A stretch of 64,000 bases of DNA from the human T2T-CHM13v2.0 reference genome, Homo sapiens: the NCBI RefSeq assembly GCF_009914755.1, contig NC_060942.1; one strand, 5' to 3'. Made by a program: the position numbers and the translations under genes. The notes beneath the pieces were generated by a model. The model made no database searches, was not told where the DNA came from, and saw nothing but the letters and a program-made list of their open reading frames with translations. Positions 63,196 to 64,000 of the stretch are shown piece by piece (within the stretch, counting starts at the first letter, position 1; each line of letters opens with the position of its first letter).

Positions 63196-63659
63196 CCAGG
63201 AAAGAATAGGACAAATATACAGTGAAGTGTAAAGGGCAAAATGAGCTTGTCTGAATAAATAAATAAATTGTCATGGACACATTTAAAGCATCTGGCACAT
63301 TCTAGTCAGATTTAGCCTTATAAGAAAAACCTAGAAACTGATTAAGGGGAAAATGAGGTTAAACCATCTTGAGAAAATGGGATTCAAAGTGCACAGAGAG
63401 AGACATGATGTTCTGTCAGACTTACAAAGTTTGCTGTCATGTAGAGGAAGGACATGGTGGTAAAACTGAAAATAAACACCTGGGGTGGGAAAGCTTCGTT
63501 AGATAGTCATGGATTCCAGATCTTCTGGAAAACTTCTGCCAATCAGTGTAATGGAAAACTTGGACTGGGATCTCCTCATTGACGTTAATGGGTATTTGTG
63601 TTTCCTCTTTTCCTTTGACAGAATTTTTTGGTTACTAGATATTTTACAATTTTCTTCAT

Positions 63660-64000
63660 CTTTTTTTAAAGAAACAGTTATATGATTCAGCCTCATTTTA
63701 GAGAACTCAAACAACTAACTAGACTATAAAGAAGAAAATAAACAGCACCTTCAAAATAACCATGTTAACACTAAGATAACAACATTCAGATGTCTTTCTC
63801 TGCTGCACAAATGCAGAGAAGGGTGTACAGATAAAAATATTGTTTGATAGGGAGATAAAATGTTATAAAACAGGATTGTACTATGAATGCCAATCCAATA
63901 AGATTGTTCAACTTATTTTGACTTGATTATAAAAATAACAAAGCATCTGAATAAATAGTAAATATTTTGATAAATATTTACTATAGTTCCCTCTAAATTT
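63660..64000 (-). mobile_element. Possible L1ME4-like 3' end fragment
   Basis: GAACTCAAACA...TATAAAGAAGAAAATAAA...ATAACCA.GTTAACA pattern. Confidence 0.35.

Overview
AT-rich primate (human/ape-type) non-coding DNA, intergenic or deep-intronic. AluY, L1PA3-like and THE1 insertions indicate a higher-primate lineage. I find no host protein-coding gene, RNA gene or CRISPR array. The only ORFs with recognisable protein homology are decayed LINE-1 ORF1/ORF2 pieces; the rest come from Alu, LTR or simple-repeat sequence, or look random. More than half of the window is interspersed repeat: Alu/FLAM, young and old L1, L2/MIR, MaLR/ERVL/ERV1 solo LTRs (several with intact target-site duplications, TSDs), hAT and Tigger DNA transposons, and a probable ERV1 internal remnant. 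About 15-59 kb is a heavily nested L1 graveyard. Subfamily names are from my recall of consensus sequences and need RepeatMasker/Dfam confirmation; boundaries of old repeats are approximate. I do not see a supportable new biological system. The most unusual sequence-level structures are: (i) a 3-unit hairpin array built from an Alu TSD motif, lying between two head-to-head Alus (31380-31530); (ii) a 26-bp perfect (37-bp imperfect) inverted repeat around a ~135-bp spacer (47829-48037); (iii) an L1 segment that seems displaced and inverted next to a 25-bp microduplication (32471-33410); (iv) a few repeat-free islands with exon-like or enhancer-like signals.
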